From: Faecalimonas sp.
GTDB lineage: Bacteria > Bacillota > Clostridia > Lachnospirales > Lachnospiraceae
Length of the DNA stretch: 64,000 nt
NCBI GenBank assembly: GCA_020024645.1
Contig: JAHHTN010000002.1
Span: 1,008 to 65,007, forward strand
Reading direction: 5' to 3'
A model generated the notes under the pieces. That model was not told the origin of the DNA. It saw nothing but the letters and a program-made list of their open reading frames with translations, and searched no databases. Below, piece after piece: positions 1 to 9,468 of the stretch; positions within the stretch are counted from its first letter, which is position 1, and every line of letters starts with the position of its first letter. Position numbers and translations under genes: made by a program.

Positions 1-1177
1 TCGTGTATTTAAAGATAAAAAAATGGTGTTTTCTGTATTTGTTCTTCCGATTGTTGCAATGCTTGGAGTTTTGTATTTAATGGGAAATGTTATGAGTAAT
101 ATGCACGATGATATTGAAGCACATCAATCCAAAGTATATATACAAAATGAACCAGCGGGATTCGAAACGTTTTGTAAGACGACAAAATTGGATATGCAAA
201 TAGAAGATGCAGACAAAACTACGGAGAAAGGCATTAAGCAGGAATTAAAAGATGGGAAAGCAGATTTGTATATGGTATTTCCAGAGAAATTTGAAGAACA
301 TATTCAAAATTATAAAGTTGGCGATAAAGTACCAGAAATAACTGTTTATCATAATCCATCAGAGGAGTATTCTCAAGCAGCATATAATAAAATAGGTGTG
401 CAGGCAATTGAGGCCTATAGACAGACACTGTTAAAGGTGAGAATTGGAGATATGAGTAGGATTTCTATTTTTACTGTAAATGCTGATACAGAAGAGACGA
501 TTATTCAGGATGATAATAAAGCAAGTGGAAAAGCGCTTGGAACAATGCTTCCTTATCTTTTAACACTTCTTTTATTTGCTGGAGCAATGTCAATCGGAAC
601 AGATATGATTGCAGGGGAAAAAGAAAGAGGTACGATGGCTAGCCTTTTGGTTACCCCAATAAAAAGAAGTTCTATTATTTTTGGAAAAGTATTTGCGCTG
701 ATGGTAATTTCAGGAATCTCAGCAGTTGTTTCTGTTGTGGGCATGGTTGTAGGGATGCCAGTAATTCAAGAGCAGATGATGGGTGGAGTAGAGCAGGGAA
801 TGAGTATGAAATGGAGTGTGCAGCAAATCATTATGTTAGCTGTATTGATTATTGCATTATCATTCTTATATGCAACAATCATTGCCCTTGTATCTGTATT
901 TGCGAAAACAATTAAGGAAGCAAATTCATTTGTTATGCCGGTTTATATGATTGTTTTGGTGGTTGGATTACTAACAATGTATACAACAAAAGAACCAACA
1001 ACGTTTTCGTATTTTATTCCATTTTACAATAGTGCCATTGCATTACAGGGAATTTTAATGCAGGAAGTATCGATGGCACAGTATGTGATTACACTTTTTA
1101 TTACGTTGGGAGGAGGTATTCTTCTGACTGGTATAATAGCAAAAGCTTTTGAGAGTGAAAAAGTAATGTCATCATAA
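1..1177 (+). CDS. ABC transporter permease, NatB-like; 5' end truncated by window edge
   Basis: Frame is open from nt 2 (RVFKDKKMVF...), so the real start is upstream. N-terminal TM, large extracytoplasmic loop, GEKERGTMASLLVTP ABC-2 permease motif, then 5-6 TM helices. Confidence 0.8.
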   Translation, partial: RVFKDKKMVFSVFVLPIVAMLGVLYLMGNVMSNMHDDIEAHQSKVYIQNEPAGFETFCKTTKLDMQIEDADKTTEKGIKQELKDGKADLYMVFPEKFEEHIQNYKVGDKVPEITVYHNPSEEYSQAAYNKIGVQAIEAYRQTLLKVRIGDMSRISIFTVNADTEETIIQDDNKASGKALGTMLPYLLTLLLFAGAMSIGTDMIAGEKERGTMASLLVTPIKRSSIIFGKVFALMVISGISAVVSVVGMVVGMPVIQEQMMGGVEQGMSMKWSVQQIIMLAVLIIALSFLYATIIALVSVFAKTIKEANSFVMPVYMIVLVVGLLTMYTTKEPTTFSYFIPFYNSAIALQGILMQEVSMAQYVITLFITLGGGILLTGIIAKAFESEKVMSS

Positions 1178-1201
1178 GAAGTAAAGAAAGTCGCATATAC
1201 T
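1172..1201 (+). promoter_or_regulatory. Putative sporulation (sigE-type) promoter for ylmC
   Basis: TCATAAG (1172-1178), 15 nt, CATATACT (1194-1201) resembles the B. subtilis sigE consensus; the spacer is one nt longer than typical. Confidence 0.4.
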
Positions 1202-1244
1202 ACTACTGATAACGGCAGGAGAGGATGGTAGTATATGCGACTTT
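1187..1244 (+). promoter_or_regulatory. Perfect 17-bp inverted repeat covering the ylmC start codon
   Basis: AAAGTCGCATATACTAC (1187-1203) is the exact reverse complement of GTAGTATATGCGACTTT (1228-1244); the ATG at 1235 lies in the right arm. Confidence 0.75.
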
Positions 1245-1495
1245 GTGAATTGAGGGAAAAGGAAGTAATCAATTCTTGTAATTGTAAAAGGCTTGGTTGT
1301 GTGGTGGATTTAGAAGTAAATCTCTGTACTGGGAATATAGAGGCGATTATTATACCTGGACCGGGGAGAATATGTGGGTTTCTTGGAAGTGATACAGAAT
1401 ATATTATTCCTGTTGAATGTATAAAAAAAATAGGAGAAGATATTATTTTGGTGGAAATAAAGGAAGAAAAATTCTTGAAAAATTGTAAATATTGA
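1235..1495 (+). CDS. ylmC: YlmC/YmxH family sporulation protein (PRC-barrel)
   Basis: MRLCELREKEVINSCNCKRLGCVVDLE...IIPVECIKKIGEDIILV is typical of YlmC/YmxH; it precedes nrdR as in clostridia. Confidence 0.85.
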   Translation: MRLCELREKEVINSCNCKRLGCVVDLEVNLCTGNIEAIIIPGPGRICGFLGSDTEYIIPVECIKKIGEDIILVEIKEEKFLKNCKY

Positions 1496-1520
1496 CAAGT
1501 TTTAAGTGAACTTATATACT
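1492..1520 (+). promoter_or_regulatory. sigA promoter for nrdR
   Basis: TTGACA (1492-1497), 17 nt, TATACT (1515-1520). Confidence 0.8.
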
Positions 1521-1550
1521 AAAGAAAATAAGTGAAAAGAGGGAACAAAC

Positions 1551-2003
1551 ATGAAATGCCCATATTGCAATTATGCAGATACAAGAGTAATTGATTCAAG
1601 ACCTGCGGAAGACGGGACTTCGATTCGTAGAAGGCGTTCTTGTGATGAATGTGGAAAGCGTTTTACCACATATGAGAAAGTTGAAACGATTCCGCTTATC
1701 ATAATTAAGAAAGATAACAATAGAGAACAGTATAACCGTTCGAAAATAGAAGCGGGAGTTCTTCGAGCTTGCTATAAACGTCCGGTATCAGCAGAAGAAA
1801 TACAAAGGACAATAGATGCTGTTGAAACAGAGATTTTTAAGAGAGAAGAGAAAGAAATTCCGAGTAATATCATAGGGGAAATTGTTATGGAGAAATTGAA
1901 AGATTTGGATGCAGTTGCTTATGTAAGGTTTGCCTCAGTATATCGTGAATTTAAGGACGTGAATACGTTTATGGCTGAGTTAAAGAAGATATTAGATAAA
2001 TAA
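1551..2003 (+). CDS. nrdR: Transcriptional repressor NrdR
   Basis: CPYC zinc ribbon, VIDSR, IRRRRSCDECGKRFTTYE, ATP cone, AYVRFASVYREF. Confidence 0.97.
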   Translation: MKCPYCNYADTRVIDSRPAEDGTSIRRRRSCDECGKRFTTYEKVETIPLIIIKKDNNREQYNRSKIEAGVLRACYKRPVSAEEIQRTIDAVETEIFKREEKEIPSNIIGEIVMEKLKDLDAVAYVRFASVYREFKDVNTFMAELKKILDK

Positions 2004-2007
2004 TAAC

Positions 2008-2038
2008 AAAGAAGCGGGATTGATTTTCCCGCTTCTTT
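2008..2038. terminator. Bidirectional intrinsic terminator between nrdR and coaBC
   Basis: AAAGAAGCGGGA / TCCCGCTTCTTT stem between convergent genes. Confidence 0.85.
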
Positions 2039-2043
2039 ATATT

Positions 2044-3237
2044 CTATAGCATTTTTTTAAGGATGGTATTCACAATGGCATTTGCCACATCATCTTTTGA
2101 CATAACATCAAGAGAAAGGAGAGTTTCTTTTGTAATGAGAGTGACGATATTGGTATCTGTGCCAAAACCAGCACCACTTTGTTTTAAATTATTTGCTACG
2201 ATCATATCTATATTTTTCTTATCTAGTTTTTTTCTAGAGTTTTCTAACATATTCTCGGTTTCCATTGAAAATCCACAAATAAATTGGTGTTCTTTTTTAT
2301 TTTGTCCTAAGTATTGAAGAATATCATCTGTTCTTTCTAATGGAATAGAAAATGTATCATCCGATTTTTTGATTTTTTCTTCGGAGATAGTTGTTGGACG
2401 ATAATCTGCCACAGCTGCTGATTTAATGATAATATCTTGTTCTTTTGCATGATTACATACAGCATCAAACATTTCTTTAGCAGATATAACAGGAATAACA
2501 TGGACAAAAGGAGGGGGAGTGATATTAGTCGGACCTGTAATCAAGGTAACATCTGCACCACGAAGCATACAATTTCTTGCTAGAGCATATCCCATTTTTC
2601 CAGTAGAATGGTTGGTAATATAACGAACGGGGTCTATAGCTTCTTGGGTTGGTCCGGCAGTAACAAGGACACGTTTTCCAATCATATCTTTTTCAAAAGC
2701 AATTTCTTTTAGAATGTATTGTAGTAATGTTTCTGGAGAAGGCATTTTTCCTTTCCCTATATCTTCACAAGCAAGAAATCCAGTATCTGCTTCAATAATT
2801 TCAAATCCGTAATGTTTCAATTTTTTCAAATTATCTTGTACGATAGGATTACAATACATATTTGTATTCATTGCAGGGGAAACGATTTTTTTACATGTAC
2901 ATGCAAGTACAGTTGTTGTCAACATATCGTCCGCAATTCCATTTGCCATTTTTCCAATTACATTGGCGGTTGCAGGAGCGATAAGAACGACGTCTGCTCG
3001 TTTTGCAATGGAAATATGTTCGACTTTATGTTGAAAATTTCGATCGAATGTATCAATAAGACATTTATTTTTTGTCAGTGTTTCAAAAGCGATAGGGTGA
3101 ATAAAATTAGTTGCATTTTCTGTCATGATTACTTGAACATCACAATGCAATTTTACAAGCATACTTGCTAAATTGGCAATTTTATAGGCTGCAATTCCAC
3201 CTGTTACGCCAAGAACAACAGTTTTTCCTTTTAACAT
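2044..3237 (-). CDS. coaBC: Bifunctional phosphopantothenoylcysteine decarboxylase/synthetase
   Basis: GVTGGIAAYK, APATANVIGK, PAMNTNM, VTAGPTQEAIDPVRYITNHSTGKMG, AAVADYRP. Confidence 0.97.
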   Translation of the reverse strand: MLKGKTVVLGVTGGIAAYKIANLASMLVKLHCDVQVIMTENATNFIHPIAFETLTKNKCLIDTFDRNFQHKVEHISIAKRADVVLIAPATANVIGKMANGIADDMLTTTVLACTCKKIVSPAMNTNMYCNPIVQDNLKKLKHYGFEIIEADTGFLACEDIGKGKMPSPETLLQYILKEIAFEKDMIGKRVLVTAGPTQEAIDPVRYITNHSTGKMGYALARNCMLRGADVTLITGPTNITPPPFVHVIPVISAKEMFDAVCNHAKEQDIIIKSAAVADYRPTTISEEKIKKSDDTFSIPLERTDDILQYLGQNKKEHQFICGFSMETENMLENSRKKLDKKNIDMIVANNLKQSGAGFGTDTNIVTLITKETLLSLDVMSKDDVANAIVNTILKKML

Positions 3238-3326
3238 AATTTACCTCCGTAGTATTTTCTATGTACGATTGTAGCATAATTTTGAAATGAAAGCCAACGC
3301 TTTAAGGTGGAATAATAAAACAAATA

Positions 3327-3355
3327 TTGCGATAAAAGATTTGTCATGCTATAAT
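3327..3355 (+). promoter_or_regulatory. sigA promoter for panT-coaX operon
   Basis: TTGCGA (3327-3332), 17 nt, TATAAT (3350-3355), with extended TG. Confidence 0.7.
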
Positions 3356-3408
3356 TACGCGGTATTGTATTGTATCTCGCAATGAGAATAATAACAAGGA
3401 GGAGAAAA

Positions 3409-4068
3409 ATGAATAACACAGCAATTGGCAATAAGCCACACACACAAGTAAAGGGAATGGTTCAGGTTGCACTTTTCGCGGCACTGATTATTATTATGGC
3501 CTTTACACCATTTCTAGGATATATCCCGCTTGGATTTACAAGAGCGACGATTATTCACATACCCGTCATTATAGGTGCTTTAATACTAGGACCTCGAAAA
3601 GGAGCAATTTTAGGATTTATATTTGGATTGACGAGTTTAATTAATAATACAATGAATCCAACAGTTACTTCTTTTGTATTCTCACCATTTTATTCATTGG
3701 GAGAAATTCATGGAGGAATTGGAAGCATTATTATCTGTTTTTTACCAAGAATATTAGCAGGAGTTGTTCCATATTATGTATATCAATTTATGATGAAAAT
3801 CACAAAAAACTGGAAATCGTCTATGATTTTTTCGTTAGGAATTTCAGGGATTATAGGATCACTAACAAATACATTATTAGTTATGAATTTGATTTTTATT
3901 TTCTTTAGAAACGCATATGCAATGGCAAATAATGTAGCATCAGATGCAGTATATGGATTTATTCTTTCTATTATTGGAATTAACGGAGTGCCAGAAGCAA
4001 TTGTGGCAGGGATTATAGTTACTTTTGTTGGAAGGGTACTGTTAAAGTCAAAAAGTGTGGTAGGTTAA
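3409..4068 (+). CDS. panT: ECF transporter S component, probably pantothenate-specific
   Basis: Hydrophobic; LGYIPLG...TIIHIPVIIGALILGP...G motif; lies between coaBC and coaX. Start moved to ATG 3409 after AGGAGG. Confidence 0.8.
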   Translation: MNNTAIGNKPHTQVKGMVQVALFAALIIIMAFTPFLGYIPLGFTRATIIHIPVIIGALILGPRKGAILGFIFGLTSLINNTMNPTVTSFVFSPFYSLGEIHGGIGSIIICFLPRILAGVVPYYVYQFMMKITKNWKSSMIFSLGISGIIGSLTNTLLVMNLIFIFFRNAYAMANNVASDAVYGFILSIIGINGVPEAIVAGIIVTFVGRVLLKSKSVVG

Positions 4069-4078
4069 GGAGAATAAC

Positions 4079-4843
4079 ATGATTTTAGCAATAGATATCG
4101 GAAATACAAATATTGTAATAGGTTGTTGCGATGAAAATAAAATTTATTTTGTAGAACGCTTATCAACGAATAGTACAAAAACAGAACTAGAGTATGCAAT
4201 TAGTTTTAAAAATGTATTAGAATTATATAAGATTGATCCAAAAGATATTGATGGAGGAATTATATCTTCTGTTGTTCCGCCGATAACGAATATTGTTCGT
4301 GAATCGGCAGAAAAAGTATTGGGGAAATCGGTAAAAATTGTAGGACCAGGAGTGAAAACAGGATTAAATATTTTGATGGACAATCCAGCACAAGTTGGAA
4401 GTGATAGAATTGTAAATGCTGTAGCGGCTATCAATGAATATGCAACTCCTCTTATTATTATTGATATGGGAACAGCAACAACATTTTGCGTTGTGGATAA
4501 AAAGAAAAATTATATTGGTGGTATGATTCTTCCAGGAGTAGGCATTTCTGTGGACGCATTGACAGCAAGAACATCACAATTGTCAAGAATTAGTATTGAA
4601 TCACCGAAAAAACTTATTGGGAAAAATACAATTGATTGTATGAAAAGTGGAATTATTAATGGAAATGCAGCTTGTATTGATGGTATGATTACAAGGATTA
4701 ATCGGGAACTTGGTCAGGAAACTACTGTTATTGCAACAGGAGGATTATCAAAAAAAATTGTTCCGTATTGTGAACAAGAAATTCGTATAGATGATGAACT
4801 TTTACTAAAGGGACTTCGATTAATATATGAAAAAAATAAGTAG
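4079..4843 (+). CDS. coaX: Type III pantothenate kinase
   Basis: LAIDIGNTNI, ISSVVP, VGSDRIVN, IIDMGTATT, GGMILPG, IATGG. Confidence 0.96.
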   Translation: MILAIDIGNTNIVIGCCDENKIYFVERLSTNSTKTELEYAISFKNVLELYKIDPKDIDGGIISSVVPPITNIVRESAEKVLGKSVKIVGPGVKTGLNILMDNPAQVGSDRIVNAVAAINEYATPLIIIDMGTATTFCVVDKKKNYIGGMILPGVGISVDALTARTSQLSRISIESPKKLIGKNTIDCMKSGIINGNAACIDGMITRINRELGQETTVIATGGLSKKIVPYCEQEIRIDDELLLKGLRLIYEKNK

Positions 4844-4852
4844 TGGTATAGT

Positions 4853-5590
4853 ATGAGAAATTATAAAATGATAATTGCTTATGATGGAACGAAATATCAA
4901 GGCTGGCAAAGACAGTCTAGCACGTCTATGACTATTCAGGGGATATTGGAAAATACAATTAGTGAAATAGTAGGATATTTTGTGGAAATAGATGGTTCTG
5001 GACGAACTGATGGAGGAGTTCATGCGATTGGTCAGGTTGCTAACGTAAAATTAGCAGGGAAGGTAGAAGAAAGTAAATTTCAAGAACAGTTGAATAAAAA
5101 ACTACCTGAGGATATTCGGATTCGTCAAGTAGAACTTGTCCCGAATCGTTTTCACAGCAGGTTGAGTGCTATTGCGAAAATATATGAATATGTTGTGGAT
5201 ACACGGGAAAAGCCAGATGTATTTACAAGAAAATATTGTTATCATTATGCGAAAACGCTAGATGTGCAACATATGCAGGAAGCTGCAAAAAAATTAGTAG
5301 GCAAACACGATTTTTCAGCATTTACAGATAAAAAAGATGAGAAATCAGCCGTGAGAGTACTGTACAATATAAAAATAGAAAAACATGGTTATAAGATATA
5401 TTTTCGCTTTTATGGAAATGGGTTTATGTATCATGAAGTTAGAATTCTTGTGGGGACATTGTTAGAAGTAGGAACAGGTGAACGTATTACAGAAAGCGTA
5501 TTGAAAGCGTTAGAATCGAAAAACCGGATTGATGCAGGTTTTTTAGCACCTGCACTTGGACTTGTATTGAAACAAGTAGAATATAAATAG
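4853..5590 (+). CDS. truA: tRNA pseudouridine(38-40) synthase
   Basis: [25 protein letters not shown] (catalytic Asp), [22 protein letters not shown]. Confidence 0.93.
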   Translation: MRNYKMIIAYDGTKYQGWQRQSSTSMTIQGILENTISEIVGYFVEIDGSGRTDGGVHAIGQVANVKLAGKVEESKFQEQLNKKLPEDIRIRQVELVPNRFHSRLSAIAKIYEYVVDTREKPDVFTRKYCYHYAKTLDVQHMQEAAKKLVGKHDFSAFTDKKDEKSAVRVLYNIKIEKHGYKIYFRFYGNGFMYHEVRILVGTLLEVGTGERITESVLKALESKNRIDAGFLAPALGLVLKQVEYK

Positions 5591-5607
5591 TTAAAGGGGG
5601 AGAAAGA

Positions 5608-6360
5608 ATGAAATTAATTTCATGGAATGTAAATGGAATACGTGCTTGCGTTCAAAAAGGATTTTTAGATTTTTTTCATGAAGTAGATGCAGATATATTT
5701 TGTATACAGGAAAGTAAAATGCAAGAAGGTCAACTTCAGTTAGAATTGGAGGAATATCATCAATATTGGAATTATGCAGAAAAGAAAGGATATTCTGGCA
5801 CTGCTATTTTTACAAAGCAAGAACCCATTTCTGTTTCATATGGAATGGGGATAGATGAGCATGATAAGGAAGGAAGAGTAATTACACTAGAGTTTTCAGA
5901 ATTTTATCTAATTACAGTATATACGCCAAATTCTCAAAGTGAGTTAGCAAGATTAGATTATCGAATGAAATGGGAAACAGATTTTCTTTTATATTTAAAA
6001 AAATTAGAAGAAAAGAAACCAATTATTTTCTGCGGAGATCTAAACGTAGCACATAAAGAAATAGACTTGAAAAATCCAAAAACAAATCGAAAAAATGCAG
6101 GATTTACGGATGAAGAAAGAAATAAATTTGAAGAACTTCTAAATGCAGGTTTTATTGATACATTTAGATATTTTTATCCGGAAAAAGAGGAAGCGTATTC
6201 TTGGTGGTCATATCGTTTTAAGGCAAGAGAAAAGAATGCAGGTTGGAGAATAGATTATTTTTGTGTATCGGAATCTTTAAGGGAAAAATTAGAAGATGCA
6301 AAAATTTTAACAAATATATTTGGCTCAGATCATTGTCCAGTAGAGTTGGATTTAAAATAG
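5608..6360 (+). CDS. xth: Exodeoxyribonuclease III (AP endonuclease)
   Basis: [36 protein letters not shown]. Confidence 0.96.
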   Translation: MKLISWNVNGIRACVQKGFLDFFHEVDADIFCIQESKMQEGQLQLELEEYHQYWNYAEKKGYSGTAIFTKQEPISVSYGMGIDEHDKEGRVITLEFSEFYLITVYTPNSQSELARLDYRMKWETDFLLYLKKLEEKKPIIFCGDLNVAHKEIDLKNPKTNRKNAGFTDEERNKFEELLNAGFIDTFRYFYPEKEEAYSWWSYRFKAREKNAGWRIDYFCVSESLREKLEDAKILTNIFGSDHCPVELDLK

Positions 6361-6370
6361 GAGGCACGAT

Positions 6371-6901
6371 ATGAGAATAAGAGCAGAAGATGCCATCGCG
6401 ATTGTCATTGATTATCAGGAAAGATTGATGCCGGTTATGTATGAGAAAGAAAAATTGCTGAAAAATACAGCTATTTTGCTTTCAGGATTGCAGGAACTAC
6501 AGATTCCGATTGTTGTTACGCAGCAGTATACAAAGGGACTCGGGCAGACAGTAGAAGAAATTGGAAATGTTCTAGGACAATTCAACTATTTGGAAAAAGT
6601 TGCGTTTAGCGCTTTTGAAGAAATTAAACAAGTAATCGAGGGGAAAAAATATGTTATTGTGTGTGGGATTGAGGCACACATCTGTGTATTGCAGACGTTA
6701 CTTGATTTAAGAGAAAATGGATATATCCCTGTATTAGTTGAAGATTGTATTTCTTCACGAACATTGCATAATAAACAGATTGCTTTGGAAAGAGTAAAGC
6801 AGGAAGAAGTTATTTTAACAACATATGAGTCTGTATTGTTTGAATTAATGAAAACTGCAGGAACAGATACATTTAAGAAAATACAAAAATTGATAAAATA
6901 A
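6371..6901 (+). CDS. Isochorismatase-family cysteine hydrolase
   Basis: VIDYQERL, TQQYTKGLG, EKVAFS, GIEAHICVLQT (D-K-C triad). Confidence 0.85.
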   Translation: MRIRAEDAIAIVIDYQERLMPVMYEKEKLLKNTAILLSGLQELQIPIVVTQQYTKGLGQTVEEIGNVLGQFNYLEKVAFSAFEEIKQVIEGKKYVIVCGIEAHICVLQTLLDLRENGYIPVLVEDCISSRTLHNKQIALERVKQEEVILTTYESVLFELMKTAGTDTFKKIQKLIK

Positions 6902-6932
6902 GGTGTGAACAACTTTGCTCTCACCTTATTTT
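6895..6932. terminator. Bidirectional terminator
   Basis: AAAATAAGGTG / CACCTTATTTT arms between convergent genes. Confidence 0.7.
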
Positions 6933-6941
6933 ATTCGTTTA

Positions 6942-7673
6942 CTACCATCCGCCATCTAAACCGATGATTTGACCGGTTAGGTAGTTGTGGTCATTTGCAA
7001 TATCAAATACAAGTTTTGCCACTTCTTCAGGTTTTCCAAATCGACCTGCTGGAATTTCTTTTTCTAAAACAAGGCGTTCTTCTGCATCTAGTTGTGCATT
7101 CATAACTGTATCAATGGCACCACAGGCAATGGCATTTACCTGTATATTACTTGGAGCAAGTTCTTTAGCTAAAGCCTTTGTGAATCCGTGTAGACCTGCC
7201 TTTGATGCAGAATATGCAACTTCGCAAGAAGCACCTACATTTCCCCAAATAGAAGAAATCTGTATGATTTTTCCACTTTTTTGGGACACCATGTGAGGTA
7301 TAACTGCTTTAGCACAATAGAAAGCGGATGAAAGGTTTGTTTGTATTAAATTATTCCATTCCGCATTTGTCATGTCTGTTAGTAAACCAATGTAGGAAAT
7401 TCCAGCATTATTAATTAGGACATCAATACCATTGCATTTTCGATGGATTTGAGCAAATATTTTTTCTATATCGTCAGGATTTCCAATATCACCTGTAACA
7501 ATGTGGCACTCGCCCGTATTCATAGAATCAATTTCTTGTTTTACTCTTTCTAAATCAGAAATAGAACGTGAACAATTAATAAAGACACGAAAGTTCTTTT
7601 GAGCGAAGAGCAATGCAATGGCTTTTCCAATACCTCGAGAAGCTCCAGTAATAAGTACGTTTATTTTCTTCAT
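6942..7673 (-). CDS. SDR oxidoreductase (FabG/YmfI-like)
   Basis: TGASRGIG, NNAG, YSASK catalytic motif, VNAIACG. Confidence 0.9.
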   Translation of the reverse strand: MKKINVLITGASRGIGKAIALLFAQKNFRVFINCSRSISDLERVKQEIDSMNTGECHIVTGDIGNPDDIEKIFAQIHRKCNGIDVLINNAGISYIGLLTDMTNAEWNNLIQTNLSSAFYCAKAVIPHMVSQKSGKIIQISSIWGNVGASCEVAYSASKAGLHGFTKALAKELAPSNIQVNAIACGAIDTVMNAQLDAEERLVLEKEIPAGRFGKPEEVAKLVFDIANDHNYLTGQIIGLDGGW

Positions 7674-7719
7674 AGACCTATCCTCCAGTTATGCATTTTG
7701 AAAAATACTCTTTTGAAAT

Positions 7720-7747
7720 ATTATACATAAAAAATAAGAATAGTCAA
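7720..7747 (-). promoter_or_regulatory. sigA promoter for SDR gene
   Basis: Minus strand TTGACT, 16 nt, TATAAT, with extended TG. Confidence 0.6.
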
Positions 7748-7838
7748 AGGCAATACTTTTCACATATATAGAAAAGTGGTATGATAAAAATATCATTTTA
7801 TAATGGAAAAAGGGGATTTTCCAGAAAGGATGTGGCCT

Positions 7839-8372
7839 ATGATAGAAGAAGCAATTCGATTTGCAACAAGAGCACATGAAGGACAATTCAGAAAAGGAAC
7901 GAATAAACCCTACATTGTACATCCATTGGAAGTTGGTGAAATTCTTTCAGAAATAACAGAAGATGAGGAAGTTATTGTGGCAGGAATTTTGCATGATACA
8001 ATTGAAGACTGTGCTAATGTAACGGCAGATATTTTGAGAGAAAAATTTGGAGAACGGGTTGCGACATTGGTATTGCGTGAGAGTGAGGATAAGACAAAAA
8101 GTTGGAAAGAAAGAAAAAGTGCTACAATTGAAAAATTAAAAACAGCACCATTGGAAGTGCAATATATTGGATTAGCTGATAAATTATCAAATATAAGAGA
8201 TATAGATAGAGATTATCCAATATATAAAGAGGAACTTTGGAAGCGTTTTCGTATGAAGGATAAGAATATAATAGGGTGGTATTATAAGGGAATAAGAGAG
8301 TCACTTAGGAATTTAAGAGAACTTCCAGCCTATGAAGAATACTGCCGACTTGTAGATAAAAATTTTTCTTAA
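7839..8372 (+). CDS. Stand-alone HD hydrolase, small alarmone hydrolase (Mesh1-like)
   Basis: AHEGQFRKG, PYIVHP, LHDTIED, ADKLSN motifs of the RelA/SpoT hydrolase domain without a synthetase domain. Start moved to ATG 7839 after GAAAGGA. Confidence 0.8.
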   Translation: MIEEAIRFATRAHEGQFRKGTNKPYIVHPLEVGEILSEITEDEEVIVAGILHDTIEDCANVTADILREKFGERVATLVLRESEDKTKSWKERKSATIEKLKTAPLEVQYIGLADKLSNIRDIDRDYPIYKEELWKRFRMKDKNIIGWYYKGIRESLRNLRELPAYEEYCRLVDKNFS

Positions 8373-8448
8373 TCTATAGTGGGTTGATTATCTTTTGTTC
8401 TTGCGATAGAATAATAATGTTAATTTAAAACAGAGGAGAAAATAATAA

Positions 8449-9459
8449 ATGAGAAAACGAATACTGATGATTGGCACAGGAGGAACGATTGCGTCAAAAC
8501 AGACTGAGAACGGTTTGAAACCGGGATTGTCCTCAGAAGATATTTTATCCTATATTCCACAAGTAGAACAAGTGTGCGAGGTAAGGACGTTGCAAGTATG
8601 TAATATAGATAGCACAAATGTTACACCAGAGCATTGGACAATCTTATCAAAGACGATAGAAGAACAGTATGATAAATATGATGGGTTTGTTATTTGTCAT
8701 GGAACAGATACATTGGCCTACACAGCTTCAGCACTTTCCTACATGATTCAACATTCGAGAAAACCTATTGTTATTACGGGGGCGCAAAAGCCAATCAATA
8801 TGGATGTAACAGATGCAAAGACAAATTTATTAGATAGTTTTATTTATGCTGCAGATGATGAATCACAAGATATAAACATTGTATTTGACGGGAAAGTTAT
8901 TGTGGGAACTCGTGCGAAAAAAGTAAGAGCGAAGAGTTATAATGCTTTTGAGAGCATTAATTTTCCATATGTTGCAGTGATTCAAGATGGTAAAATCATT
9001 CGTTATATTCCAACAGTACCACATAAAAGTAGAGTACGTTTTTATCATGAGATGAAAAACAGTATTTATGTATTGAAATTAATACCGGGAATGAAACCGG
9101 ATATTTTATCTTATGTATTTAAAGATTATGATTGCATTGTAATAGAAAGTTTTGGAGTAGGCGGAATGCCAGAAAGTATTGTACATGAATTTTATGAGCA
9201 GATGTCTTCGTGGAAAGAAAAAGGAAAATTAGTGGTTATGACAACACAGGTAGCAAACGAAGGTAGTAATATGACGGTATATGAAGTTGGGCAGAAAGTA
9301 AAACAGGATTTTGATTTAATTGAAGGATATGATATGACATTGGAATCCATCATTACAAAACTAATGTGGATTATGACTTTGCCTAATTTACAGTTTGAAG
9401 AGATAAAAGAGATGTTCTATCAGACAATGAATCATGATATTTTGTTTAGAGAAAATTAG
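8449..9459 (+). CDS. ansA: L-asparaginase type I
   Basis: GTGGTIAS, HGTDTLAY, ITGAQKP. Confidence 0.92.
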   Translation: MRKRILMIGTGGTIASKQTENGLKPGLSSEDILSYIPQVEQVCEVRTLQVCNIDSTNVTPEHWTILSKTIEEQYDKYDGFVICHGTDTLAYTASALSYMIQHSRKPIVITGAQKPINMDVTDAKTNLLDSFIYAADDESQDINIVFDGKVIVGTRAKKVRAKSYNAFESINFPYVAVIQDGKIIRYIPTVPHKSRVRFYHEMKNSIYVLKLIPGMKPDILSYVFKDYDCIVIESFGVGGMPESIVHEFYEQMSSWKEKGKLVVMTTQVANEGSNMTVYEVGQKVKQDFDLIEGYDMTLESIITKLMWIMTLPNLQFEEIKEMFYQTMNHDILFREN

Positions 9460-9468
9460 GAGGAAAAG

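Noticed and set aside
6371-6901. Isochorismatase-family hydrolase as a pantetheine-salvage enzyme
   Set aside because: It is separated from panT-coaX by truA and xth, so the operon looks like a mixed housekeeping unit; no other support.
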